Shown: one piece after another, positions 49,907-58,957 of the stretch
Layout of the letters: every line of letters begins with the position of its first letter
How positions within the stretch are numbered: position 1 is the stretch's first letter
Origin: Verrucomicrobiota bacterium
GTDB lineage: Bacteria > Verrucomicrobiota > Verrucomicrobiia > Limisphaerales > AAA164-E04
Direction: 5' to 3'
NCBI GenBank assembly: GCA_047947115.1
Contig: CP170459.1
Location: 896,001-960,000 of the forward strand
Length of the DNA: 64,000 nucleotides
The notes under the pieces: model-generated
Told to the model about the DNA's origin: nothing
Seen by the model: only the letters and a program-made list of their open reading frames with translations
Database searches by the model: none
Made by a program: the position numbers and the translations under genes

Positions 49907-51589
49907 ATGCTAACCATGGAAGAAGCCATGCAGCAAAGTCCCGTGAACTTTGCTGAAGGCGACATAGTCAAAGGAACCATTATCGAAGTCCGCCACAAAG
50001 AAGTGCTTTGTGATATCGGCTACAAAAGCGAAGGTTCCATCCCCGGAAACGAATTCGACGACATTAAAATGGTCAATGTCGGCGACATCATCGACGTATT
50101 GATTGAACGGTTGGAAGACCGTGAAGGCATGGTCGTCCTCTCCAAAGAAAAAGCGGAATTCAAGCAGAACTGGGAAAAAATCCTCAGCATCTGTAACGAG
50201 GGCGGAACCATCACCGGACGCGTCAAAGGCGTGGTCAAAGGTGGTCTTCTGGTCAACATCGGTGTGGAAGCCTTCCTGCCGGCTTCCCAAATTGACATCA
50301 TTCCTCCAAAGAACCTGACCTCCTACGTGGGCAACACCTACGAATACAAAGTGGTCAAGATCAACCAGGAACGTCAAAACATCGTTCTTTCACGCCGCGA
50401 ACTGATCGAACAGGAACGCGCCGAACGCCGCGCCAAGCTGCTTTCGGACATGACCCCTGGCGACATCCGCAAGGGTACCGTCAAGAACATCACCGATTTC
50501 GGTGCCTTCATCGACCTCAACGGTCTCGACGGTCTTCTCCACATCACAGACATGAGCTGGGGCCGCATCAACCATCCTTCCGAACTCCTGACCATCGGAC
50601 AGGAAATCGATGTGGTTGTTCTGGACATCAACTACGAGAAAGAGCGCGTGAGCCTCGGTCTGAAACAGAAACTCGCCAACCCTTGGGACGACATCGAAAC
50701 CAAGTACCCTGTCAGCGCGAAAGTCAAAGGCCGCGTGGTCAATTTGGTGCCTTACGGTGCGTTCGTGGAACTCGAACCCGGCGTCGAAGGTCTGGTTCAC
50801 GTTACCGAATTGTCCTGGACCAAGCGTATCGCCAAGCCTTCCGACGTCCTGACACAGGACCAGGAAATCGAAGCGGTCGTTCTGGGCATCAACCGCGAAG
50901 AGCAAAAGATCTCCCTGGGTATCCGCCAATTGGAAACCAACCCTTGGGACGAAGCCTTGGAGAAATATCCTCCAGGCACCAAAGTGCAGGGCAAGATCCG
51001 CAATCTCACCAGCTACGGTGCTTTCATCGAACTGGAAGAAGGTCTCGACGGCATGATCCATGTGTCCGACATTTCCTGGACCCGCAAGATCAACCATCCT
51101 TCGGAAGTGCTCAAGAAGGGCGACGAGGTCGAAGCCATTGTATTGGAAATCGACAAGGCCAACCAACGTATCTCCGTGGGTGTCAAGCAGCTTAGCCAGG
51201 ATCCATGGGAAAACATCGACCACTACTACAAAGTGGGTGATCTGGTCACAGGCAGCGTGACGAAGCTCGCAAGCTTCGGAGCGTTCATCGGTCTGGAACA
51301 CGACATCGACGGGTTGGTTCATATCTCCCAGGTCAGCGAAGAACGGGTTGAAAAGATCAAAAACGTTCTGAAGGTGGGTCAGGAAGTGACCGCTCGTGTG
51401 ATCAAGATCGATCGTGCAGATCGTCGCATTGGATTGTCCATCAAGGCAGCCAATTACTCCACCGAGGAATTGGAAGCCGAGCAGCACGCTCTCGACCAGC
51501 TCAAACCTGGCGAAGACCTGGTGGCTCTGCAACACGCCTTTGACGCTGTCACCACCACTGATAACAGTGACGATGACAACGAAGATTGA
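49907..51589 (+). CDS. rpsA: 30S ribosomal protein S1
   Basis: Six S1 repeats (FGAFIDL..GLDGLLHITDMSW etc.). Confidence 0.97.
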   Translation: MLTMEEAMQQSPVNFAEGDIVKGTIIEVRHKEVLCDIGYKSEGSIPGNEFDDIKMVNVGDIIDVLIERLEDREGMVVLSKEKAEFKQNWEKILSICNEGGTITGRVKGVVKGGLLVNIGVEAFLPASQIDIIPPKNLTSYVGNTYEYKVVKINQERQNIVLSRRELIEQERAERRAKLLSDMTPGDIRKGTVKNITDFGAFIDLNGLDGLLHITDMSWGRINHPSELLTIGQEIDVVVLDINYEKERVSLGLKQKLANPWDDIETKYPVSAKVKGRVVNLVPYGAFVELEPGVEGLVHVTELSWTKRIAKPSDVLTQDQEIEAVVLGINREEQKISLGIRQLETNPWDEALEKYPPGTKVQGKIRNLTSYGAFIELEEGLDGMIHVSDISWTRKINHPSEVLKKGDEVEAIVLEIDKANQRISVGVKQLSQDPWENIDHYYKVGDLVTGSVTKLASFGAFIGLEHDIDGLVHISQVSEERVEKIKNVLKVGQEVTARVIKIDRADRRIGLSIKAANYSTEELEAEQHALDQLKPGEDLVALQHAFDAVTTTDNSDDDNED

Positions 51590-51624
51590 GCAATTGATCT
51601 GACGAATCTAAGTCAAATTCTCAC

Positions 51625-51649
51625 AGCCCGCCGCAAGGCGGGCTTTTTT
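51625..51649 (+). terminator. Rho-independent terminator of rpsA
   Basis: agcccgcc-gcaa-ggcgggct followed by a T-run. Confidence 0.9.
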
Positions 51650-51760
51650 ATTACAACTTCAGACTGGAGCGCTAAAGCTGAGGAAATACTTTGGCTTTTG
51701 CAACCCTGTCGCTAAATTCTTGTCAGAAGCCGCAGGATTTCGAAATACTGCCTCGTATTT

Positions 51761-53041
51761 ATGGATATACTGGAAGCATTGAAATGGCGCGGGTTGTTTT
51801 CCGACTGCACCGATCTTGAGCAATTGAGCCAGCGTTTGGCCAAGGGTCCGCTCACGTTGTATTGCGGCTTTGATCCCACTGCGGACAGCCTTCATGTGGG
51901 GCACCTGGTTCCATTGATTGCGTTGAGGCGCTTCCAGGATGTTGGCCATCATCCGATCGCCGTTGCCGGCGGAGCTACAGGTTCCATCGGGGATCCAAGT
52001 GGTAAAAGCGCCGAGCGAAACCTGCTGACGCGCGAAGAGCTGAACCACAATATTGAACGCGTTCAGGAACAACTCAAATGCCTCCTCGATTTCGAATCAT
52101 CGACCAATCCTGCCCGTGTTCTGGATAATGCTGGATGGGTGGGCGGCATTTCTTATCTCGATTTTCTGAGAGATATCGGGAAACATTTTACCGTCAATGT
52201 CATGGTGGCAAAGGAATCGGTGCGTGCCCGTATGGAAGACCGTGATGTGGGCATCAGCTACACCGAATTCAGCTACATGCTGTTGCAGGCTTTCGATTTT
52301 TATCACCTGAATCAATCGACCGATTGCGAGCTTCAGATTGGCGGAAGCGATCAGTGGGGCAATATCACCATGGGCATCGACCTCACGCGCAAGAAGTCGG
52401 GGCGCCAGGTTTTTGGACTAACCCTGCCCTTGATCACCAAGTCGGACGGAACCAAGTTCGGCAAGACAGAATCAGGTGCCATCTGGCTCGATCCTGCCCG
52501 AACAAGCGTTTATCGGTTCTACCAGTTCTGGATTCGGACCGACGACCGGGACGTCATCAAATACCTGAAATACTTCACCTTTTTGCCGAAGGAAGAAATT
52601 GAATCACTGGAAGCCCAACACCAGGAATGCCCCGAGCGCAGGGAAGCGCAAAAAGCGCTTGGCAAAGCCATGACCGACCTGATTCACGGTTCGGAGGCCA
52701 CCCAGGAAGCCATCCGAGCCAGTGAAATCCTGTTCGGTGGCGGATTGGAAGGCATTACCGAGCAGACTTTCAATGATGTTTTGGGCGAAGTTCCCACGTT
52801 CAGCATGAGTGCAGCCTCATTGGAGGGAGACGGTTTGCCATTGGCCGATGCCCTGGCGGAAGCGGGTTTGGCACCATCTAAAGGTCAGGCGCGCAAGGAC
52901 ATCAAGGGTGGCGGAGCAAACATCAACAACATCCGAGAACAAGATCCTCAGAGATTGCTGACAAGAAACGATTTACTGTTTGGAAAACACGTCTTGCTGC
53001 GCAAAGGGAAAAAGCATTACGCGGTGGTTACGTTCGAATGA
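51761..53041 (+). CDS. tyrS: Tyrosine--tRNA ligase
   Basis: YCGFDPTADSLHVGH, QIGGSDQWGN, KFGKT, S4-like C-terminus. Confidence 0.97.
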   Translation: MDILEALKWRGLFSDCTDLEQLSQRLAKGPLTLYCGFDPTADSLHVGHLVPLIALRRFQDVGHHPIAVAGGATGSIGDPSGKSAERNLLTREELNHNIERVQEQLKCLLDFESSTNPARVLDNAGWVGGISYLDFLRDIGKHFTVNVMVAKESVRARMEDRDVGISYTEFSYMLLQAFDFYHLNQSTDCELQIGGSDQWGNITMGIDLTRKKSGRQVFGLTLPLITKSDGTKFGKTESGAIWLDPARTSVYRFYQFWIRTDDRDVIKYLKYFTFLPKEEIESLEAQHQECPERREAQKALGKAMTDLIHGSEATQEAIRASEILFGGGLEGITEQTFNDVLGEVPTFSMSAASLEGDGLPLADALAEAGLAPSKGQARKDIKGGGANINNIREQDPQRLLTRNDLLFGKHVLLRKGKKHYAVVTFE

Positions 53042-53194
53042 TATTCCCGGGGTGAGACGGAATCCGGCATTGATCGTGAAGAATCCTCGGCTCATATCGC
53101 TCCTAGCCATCAACCTTTTGCAATCTGGCAGAGAAAAGTCAATGGATGCAAAAAGGTCCGATTTGTGCTACAAGTTGAGTCCAGTCCGTTCCAT

Positions 53195-54109
53195 ATGCAG
53201 AAAAAACCTGACAATCAGAGTCAAAACCATGTAACTCCGGGAAAGCATGCTCCAGTTGGCGTGCAGCACTTGCGGAACGCTGGCTTCACCCTGATCGAAC
53301 TGCTCGTGGTCATCGTCATCATTGCCATATTGGCCGGAATGTTGTTGCCAGCCATGAGCAAAGCCAAACAGAAGGCCCATGCGATCAGCTGCATGAACAA
53401 CCACCGTCAACTGACCTACGGATGGATCCTTTACGCAGGCGACAACGAAGGAAAAATTACGGCGGCCAGTGACCCAAGAGATGCAGGTGGGCCGGAACCA
53501 TTGAAACCGGCCTGGGTGCGAGGCTTGTTGAATTTCGACCCGGCCAACCGGTCCAACTGGGATATTGAAAAGGACATCAAAACCAGCGTCCTCTGGCCCT
53601 ATGTTCAATCGCCCGACATCTTCAAATGTCCCGCAGACAAAAGTACGGTCAGGGTGGACGGCAAGGTACTGCCAAGGGTTCGGTCAATGGCCATGAACGT
53701 CCACTGCGGTGCATGGGGTGAAAATGAGCGAGTCTATTGGTATGGCTACAAAGTTTACCAACAAGAATCCGACTTCATCGATCCCGGCCCATCGTCGACT
53801 TTTGTTTTTCTGGATGTTCGAGAAGATTCGACCAATTTTGGCAATTTCCTGGTGGCCATGAAAGGGTATCCCAATCAACCCGAACAAACCACCATTTTTG
53901 ATTATCCCGCTTCCTATCACAACCAGTCGGCCACCCTGTCCTTTGCTGACGGACATTCAGAGATCAAGAAATGGCAACATCCAGACACCATGCCCCCCCT
54001 GGTCAAGGGAGAATTATTACCACAAATCGCAGCAGCTCCTGAACCTGTAAACTCTCCCAACAATCCTGACATCAGATGGTTGCAGGACCACAACACACGA
54101 TTACCCTGA
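53195..54109 (+). CDS. Prepilin-type N-terminal cleavage/methylation protein with H-X9-DG motif (DUF1559-like)
   Basis: [38 protein letters not shown]. Confidence 0.92.
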   Translation: MQKKPDNQSQNHVTPGKHAPVGVQHLRNAGFTLIELLVVIVIIAILAGMLLPAMSKAKQKAHAISCMNNHRQLTYGWILYAGDNEGKITAASDPRDAGGPEPLKPAWVRGLLNFDPANRSNWDIEKDIKTSVLWPYVQSPDIFKCPADKSTVRVDGKVLPRVRSMAMNVHCGAWGENERVYWYGYKVYQQESDFIDPGPSSTFVFLDVREDSTNFGNFLVAMKGYPNQPEQTTIFDYPASYHNQSATLSFADGHSEIKKWQHPDTMPPLVKGELLPQIAAAPEPVNSPNNPDIRWLQDHNTRLP

Positions 54110-54209
54110 CATCAAACCCTGTCTCACGTATCGTTACTTTCATGCGCTAGCAAAATCCCATCCATGCTATTGCACTTCAAACCTGCTCGGTGAATAATGG
54201 CTTTGAACG

Positions 54210-55022
54210 ATGGTTACCTGGACACCTGATTTGATTAAGGCGAGCAAGGGGAAGGAATTTCTACCTGCCCTCACCGTTTATGACTACCCCATGACCCGCA
54301 TGTTGGACGAGCTGGGCATCCCCATGTTGTTGGTTGGAGATTCTCTTGGAATGGTGGTGCTGGGTTATCCGGACACCACACATGTCACCATGGAGGACAT
54401 GATCCATCACGTACGAGCAGCAGCCCGGGCCAAACCCAGGAGTTTTCTGGTAGGCGACATGCCCTACCAGAGTTACGAAACTTCGGAGCAAGCCGTTCGT
54501 AACGCGCGCCACCTGATGGACGCCGGAGCCCACGCGGTCAAACTGGAAGGAGGAAAAGAAATCGGCACCCAGATCAAGGCCATTCGCAACGCAGGAATTC
54601 CTTGTGTCGGTCACCTTGGCATGCTTCCGCAACACATCCTGGAAGAGGGAAAATACCGCATCAAAGGCAGGACCGAGGACGAGAAACAAAGTCTGCTGGA
54701 CAATGCCGCCTTTCTGGATTCCATGGGCATCTCTGCATTGGTATTGGAACTGGTTGAGAGCGAACTCACCGCTGAAATCACCCAGTCCATATCCGTTCCC
54801 ACGATCGGTATCGGATCCGGGAACGGATGCGACGGCCAAATCCTTGTCACCCATGATCTGGTCGGAACCTTCCCATGGTTTCGCCCCAAGTTCGTCCAAC
54901 CCAAAATGGAAGCCACACGCCTCATGCAACAAGCCGTTCAGGAATGGTGCAATGACTGGGAGTCCCTTTACCAGAAACAACGCAACCGCCGGGAATCCAC
55001 CGACTCAAAGCCCGAAGCCTGA
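54210..55022 (+). CDS. panB: Ketopantoate hydroxymethyltransferase
   Basis: LTVYDY, LLVGDSLGM, AVKLEGG, GHLG, PTIGIGSG, DGQILV.HD. Confidence 0.96.
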   Translation: MVTWTPDLIKASKGKEFLPALTVYDYPMTRMLDELGIPMLLVGDSLGMVVLGYPDTTHVTMEDMIHHVRAAARAKPRSFLVGDMPYQSYETSEQAVRNARHLMDAGAHAVKLEGGKEIGTQIKAIRNAGIPCVGHLGMLPQHILEEGKYRIKGRTEDEKQSLLDNAAFLDSMGISALVLELVESELTAEITQSISVPTIGIGSGNGCDGQILVTHDLVGTFPWFRPKFVQPKMEATRLMQQAVQEWCNDWESLYQKQRNRRESTDSKPEA

Positions 55023-55092
55023 ACCACTGTGCCAGACAGAAGGGAACACTCCTTCCTGTTGCACTTCCCCACACAAATGTCACATTGAACCC

Positions 55093-55554
55093 ATGACGAA
55101 TCTCACCCATATCAACGAACAAGGAGAGGCATCCATGGTTGATGTCACCAACAAGCCCGTCGTCCTTCGTGAGGCCATTGCCGAGGGATGCATCTATGTG
55201 CAGTCCGAAACCCTGGATAAAATTGAATCCAACGCCATTGCCAAAGGCAACGTCCTGGCCTCTGCAAGGCTCGCGGGCATCATGGCGGCGAAAAAAACGG
55301 GAGAATTAATTCCCCTGTGCCATCCTTTACCCATCACGCATTGTGAGGTTCAGATGTCCATACCATCGACCCGCGATCGAATCGGCATTACCGCCTCCGC
55401 CAAAATTGCCGCATCCACCGGCATTGAAATGGAAGCGCTCACTGCGGTCAGCGTGGCGGCCCTGACGATTTACGACATGTGCAAAGCAGTGGATAAAACC
55501 ATGCGCATCGGAGACATCCGACTCCTCAAGAAAACCAAGACCGCGTTGGCATAA
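55093..55554 (+). CDS. moaC: Cyclic pyranopterin monophosphate synthase
   Basis: LTHINEQGEASMVDV, LIPLCHP, GIEMEAL, TIYDMCKAVD. Start revised to 55093. Confidence 0.96.
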   Translation: MTNLTHINEQGEASMVDVTNKPVVLREAIAEGCIYVQSETLDKIESNAIAKGNVLASARLAGIMAAKKTGELIPLCHPLPITHCEVQMSIPSTRDRIGITASAKIAASTGIEMEALTAVSVAALTIYDMCKAVDKTMRIGDIRLLKKTKTALA

Positions 55555-55652
55555 AGCCGCACCGTCACATATTTTTCACACTTTGTCTGCTTGACGTTTG
55601 GCGGAAAGCTTGCACACTACGCTGCCCCGCTGTTGTGGGACGTCACTTTCAT

Positions 55653-57491
55653 ATGAAGCAACACATTCGCAATATTGCCATCATCGCTCACGTGGACCAT
55701 GGAAAAACCACGCTGGTCGACTGTCTTCTCCGTCAATCTGGTTTATTCCGGGAAAACCAGCATGTGGAAGAACGCATGATGGACAGCATGGACTTGGAAC
55801 GCGAAAAAGGCATTACCATCAAGGCCAAGAACGCCGCCTTCAAATATGGCGATCACGATGTCAACATTGTGGACACTCCCGGCCATGCGGATTTTGGCGG
55901 TGAAGTGGAGCGTATCATGAGTATGATCGACGGGGTGGTGTTGGTGGTTGATTCCGTGGAAGGACCCCAGGCGCAAACACGATTCGTTCTCCGCAAAGCG
56001 CTTGAATCCGGGGCCAAAGCCATCGTGGTCATCAACAAAATCGACCGCGAGGGAGCAACTCCCAACGAGGTGCTCGACAAAGTATTTGATCTGTTTCTCT
56101 CCCTGAATGCAACGGATGAGCAACTGGATTTCCCGGTGATCTACGCAAGCGCCAAGCAAGGCATTGCCATGAACGAGGTCTCGGATGAAGGCACGGACAT
56201 GAAACCTTTGTTCGAAGCCATCGTGAAACACATTCCGGCACCACGCATCACACAGGATCCGGAATTCAAACTGCTGATTGCCAATCTGGATTATTCCGAT
56301 TATTTGGGCCGAATCGCTTTTGGGAAAATTGTTTCCGGCAAAGTTTCGGTTGGCACCAAGATGTTCCGCGTCCGGGGAGACGGAAAACGCATTCAGGGCA
56401 AAGTCAGCGCCGTCTTCCACTTCGACGGCATGAAGCGCATCCAGGTGGAAGAAGCCTCTGCTGGAGACATTATCGGACTGACCGGGTTTGAGGACATTGA
56501 AATCGGAGAAACACTGACCGATTCCGAAGAGGCAGAACCCCTTCCATTCGTCCCGGTGGATCCTCCCACCATCTGCATGCAATTTGCCGTCAACGACGGA
56601 CCTTTCGCAGGCACCGATGGCAAGCTGGTCACCGCGCGCCACATCAAAGAGCGCCTCATCCGCGAAACACGCACCAACATCTCACTGCGAGTCAACGAAA
56701 CCGATGCGCCAAATTTATTCGATGTCACGGCACGCGGTGAAATGCAGATAGCCATTTTGGTCGAACAAATGCGACGCGAAGGATTTGAAGTATTGGTTTC
56801 CCGCCCTGAAGTCATTTATCACCGGGATCAAAACGGCAAACTCCTGGAACCCATCGAAAGGTTGTTCCTCGAAACCCCTCAGGAGTTCATGGGCCCCGTG
56901 ATGGAGAACCTTGCCAATCGCAAAGGTGACATCCAGAACATGGAACATCGAGGTGATACCATCCTCATCGAAGCGATCATCCCCATGCGCGGCCTGATTG
57001 GCTTTGAATCAGATCTGGTCAACATGACACGCGGCATGGGCGTAATGAGCCACCTGTTCCATGAATACGGTGAAGACCGCGGCGACATTCTCACCCGCAA
57101 AACCGGATCTCTGGTCAGTACGGAAACCGGCGAATCCACCGCCTATGCTCTCGACCAAATCCAGCAACGCGGCAAACTCCTGATCGGACCTGGCGAAAAA
57201 ATTTACGCCGGCATGATCGTTGGAGAAAACGCACGCGACCAGGATCTCCCTGTAAACCCGACCCGCACCAAGAAACTCACCAACATGCGTTCTTCCGGTG
57301 ACGGCAAAGGCATCCAACTCGAACCCCCGATGCTGCTCGGATTGGAAAAAGCCATCGAATTCATCGGTCCGGACGAGTACGTTGAAGCAACACCACACCA
57401 CTTGCGACTCCGCAAAAAGATCCTCTGCGAACACGCCCGAAAACGCGCATCCCAGACACGCCAGGTGAAGGTGATGGCGGAGGCTGTGTAG
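55653..57491 (+). CDS. typA: Translational GTPase TypA/BipA
   Basis: [53 protein letters not shown]. Confidence 0.96.
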   Translation: MKQHIRNIAIIAHVDHGKTTLVDCLLRQSGLFRENQHVEERMMDSMDLEREKGITIKAKNAAFKYGDHDVNIVDTPGHADFGGEVERIMSMIDGVVLVVDSVEGPQAQTRFVLRKALESGAKAIVVINKIDREGATPNEVLDKVFDLFLSLNATDEQLDFPVIYASAKQGIAMNEVSDEGTDMKPLFEAIVKHIPAPRITQDPEFKLLIANLDYSDYLGRIAFGKIVSGKVSVGTKMFRVRGDGKRIQGKVSAVFHFDGMKRIQVEEASAGDIIGLTGFEDIEIGETLTDSEEAEPLPFVPVDPPTICMQFAVNDGPFAGTDGKLVTARHIKERLIRETRTNISLRVNETDAPNLFDVTARGEMQIAILVEQMRREGFEVLVSRPEVIYHRDQNGKLLEPIERLFLETPQEFMGPVMENLANRKGDIQNMEHRGDTILIEAIIPMRGLIGFESDLVNMTRGMGVMSHLFHEYGEDRGDILTRKTGSLVSTETGESTAYALDQIQQRGKLLIGPGEKIYAGMIVGENARDQDLPVNPTRTKKLTNMRSSGDGKGIQLEPPMLLGLEKAIEFIGPDEYVEATPHHLRLRKKILCEHARKRASQTRQVKVMAEAV

Positions 57492-57496
57492 GTTTG

Positions 57497-58957
57497 TCAG
57501 GAAACAATATCCTTCAACACGCTTGACGGGTGTGCAACACCCGTCAAGCGTGCATCAAGGCCCAGAAAGGGATACGTCAACTTTTGATCGTGGATGCCCA
57601 GACGGTTGAGCATGGTCGCATGCAAATCGCGAACATGCACGTGATTCACGACAACACCAAAACCGATATCGTCTGTTTCACCATAACTGATGCCTCCTTT
57701 GATGCCCGCTCCGGCCATCCAGAGGGAGAAGGCGTCGATGTGATGATCCCTCCCCGGTGAAGACGCTTTCACGCCGCCACGGTTTTCCTGCATGGGGGTG
57801 CGTCCGAATTCACCACTCCAGACAACCAGCGTTTCGTCGAGCAGACCGCGAGATTCCAAGTCCTGCAACAGGGCTGCCATAGGTTGATCCACTTGCTTGC
57901 ATTTGTCGGGAAATCCCTTGTCCAGACCACTGTGATGATCCCAGCCCCAGTCATAGAGTTGAATGTACCGCACACCGCGTTTCACCAGTCGTCGTGCCAG
58001 CAGGCAATTGTTGGCGAAGCTTTCCTTGCCAGGCTGGGTGCCGTAGAGTTTGTGCACGTATTCGGGTTCACGCGTGATGTCCATGGCTTCGCTGGCGCTT
58101 AATTGCATGCGAAATGCCATTTCGTATTGCGCGATGCGCGTCACCGTTTCGGTGTCTCCCACCGCTTCGTAAGTTCTTTGATTGACCTTTTTCAGGGTGT
58201 CAACCATCTGACGACGTAGTTCGGTGTTGATGCCATCAGGATTGGATAAATACAAAACCGGATCACCTTCGCCTCGGCACTGCACACCTTGATAAACACT
58301 CGGCAGGTAACCACTGGCCCAAGCGGCTTTGCCTGCATCGGGTATCTGACCGCCGGACAGAAGCACCACGTAACCGGGTAGATTTTCGTTTTCACTCCCC
58401 AGCCCATAAAGAACCCAGGAACCTATGCTGGCATGACCCAGGTTTTGATTTCCTGTATGCACCAGCAGTTGGGCGGGTGCGTGGTTGAACTGATCGCTCT
58501 GCATGGATTTGATCACGCAGACCTTGTCCATCTGTTGCTCAAGATAAGGAAGGCGATCCGAGATCCACTGCCCGGTCTTCTTTTCCTGATAAAAAGGATA
58601 TTGAGGTCCCAACAACTGAGGAACACCTTGAATAAAAGCAAAGCGTTTGCCTCGCAAAAACTCTGCCGGACAATCCTGTCCGTCGAGCTTCACCAACAGC
58701 GGTTTGTAGTCGAACAAATCCAACTGACTCGGCGAACCCGTCATGTGCATGTAAATCACATGCTTGGCTCTGCCCGGGAGATGTCCGGGGTAGGGCGCGG
58801 CGGGGCGTCTGGGATCTCGCTTCAACATTTCAGCGTGCGATTCCCACCCCTGTTGCGCCATCCACAGAGCGCCAAGACCGGAGGTACATCGCGACAGAAA
58901 GTGCCGACGTGTGATGTTGTGAATCGTTTCCTGTTTGAGGTGTTGGCAGGTATTCAT
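57497..58957 (-). CDS. DUF1501 family protein (Tat signal)
   Basis: TRRHFL, GSPSQLDLFDYKP, CLLARRLV, GWDHH, GEFGRTP. Confidence 0.92.
   Translation of the reverse strand: MNTCQHLKQETIHNITRRHFLSRCTSGLGALWMAQQGWESHAEMLKRDPRRPAAPYPGHLPGRAKHVIYMHMTGSPSQLDLFDYKPLLVKLDGQDCPAEFLRGKRFAFIQGVPQLLGPQYPFYQEKKTGQWISDRLPYLEQQMDKVCVIKSMQSDQFNHAPAQLLVHTGNQNLGHASIGSWVLYGLGSENENLPGYVVLLSGGQIPDAGKAAWASGYLPSVYQGVQCRGEGDPVLYLSNPDGINTELRRQMVDTLKKVNQRTYEAVGDTETVTRIAQYEMAFRMQLSASEAMDITREPEYVHKLYGTQPGKESFANNCLLARRLVKRGVRYIQLYDWGWDHHSGLDKGFPDKCKQVDQPMAALLQDLESRGLLDETLVVWSGEFGRTPMQENRGGVKASSPGRDHHIDAFSLWMAGAGIKGGISYGETDDIGFGVVVNHVHVRDLHATMLNRLGIHDQKLTYPFLGLDARLTGVAHPSSVLKDIVS

Noticed and set aside
50390..51535. Long antisense ORFs (also 7443-8354, 16508-17485, 54261-54980, 55743-56642, 63041-63865)
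   Set aside because: They are shadows of well-supported genes on the opposite strand and carry no recognisable motifs.
51590..51760. T-box riboswitch upstream of tyrS
   Set aside because: The region is short, is occupied by the rpsA terminator, and has no T-box consensus.
54604..55092. N-terminal extension of MoaC overlapping panB (similar extensions for ispE, ptsP, tolB, pgsA, A1)
   Set aside because: These are ORF-caller longest-start artefacts; the family N-termini begin at downstream ATGs.
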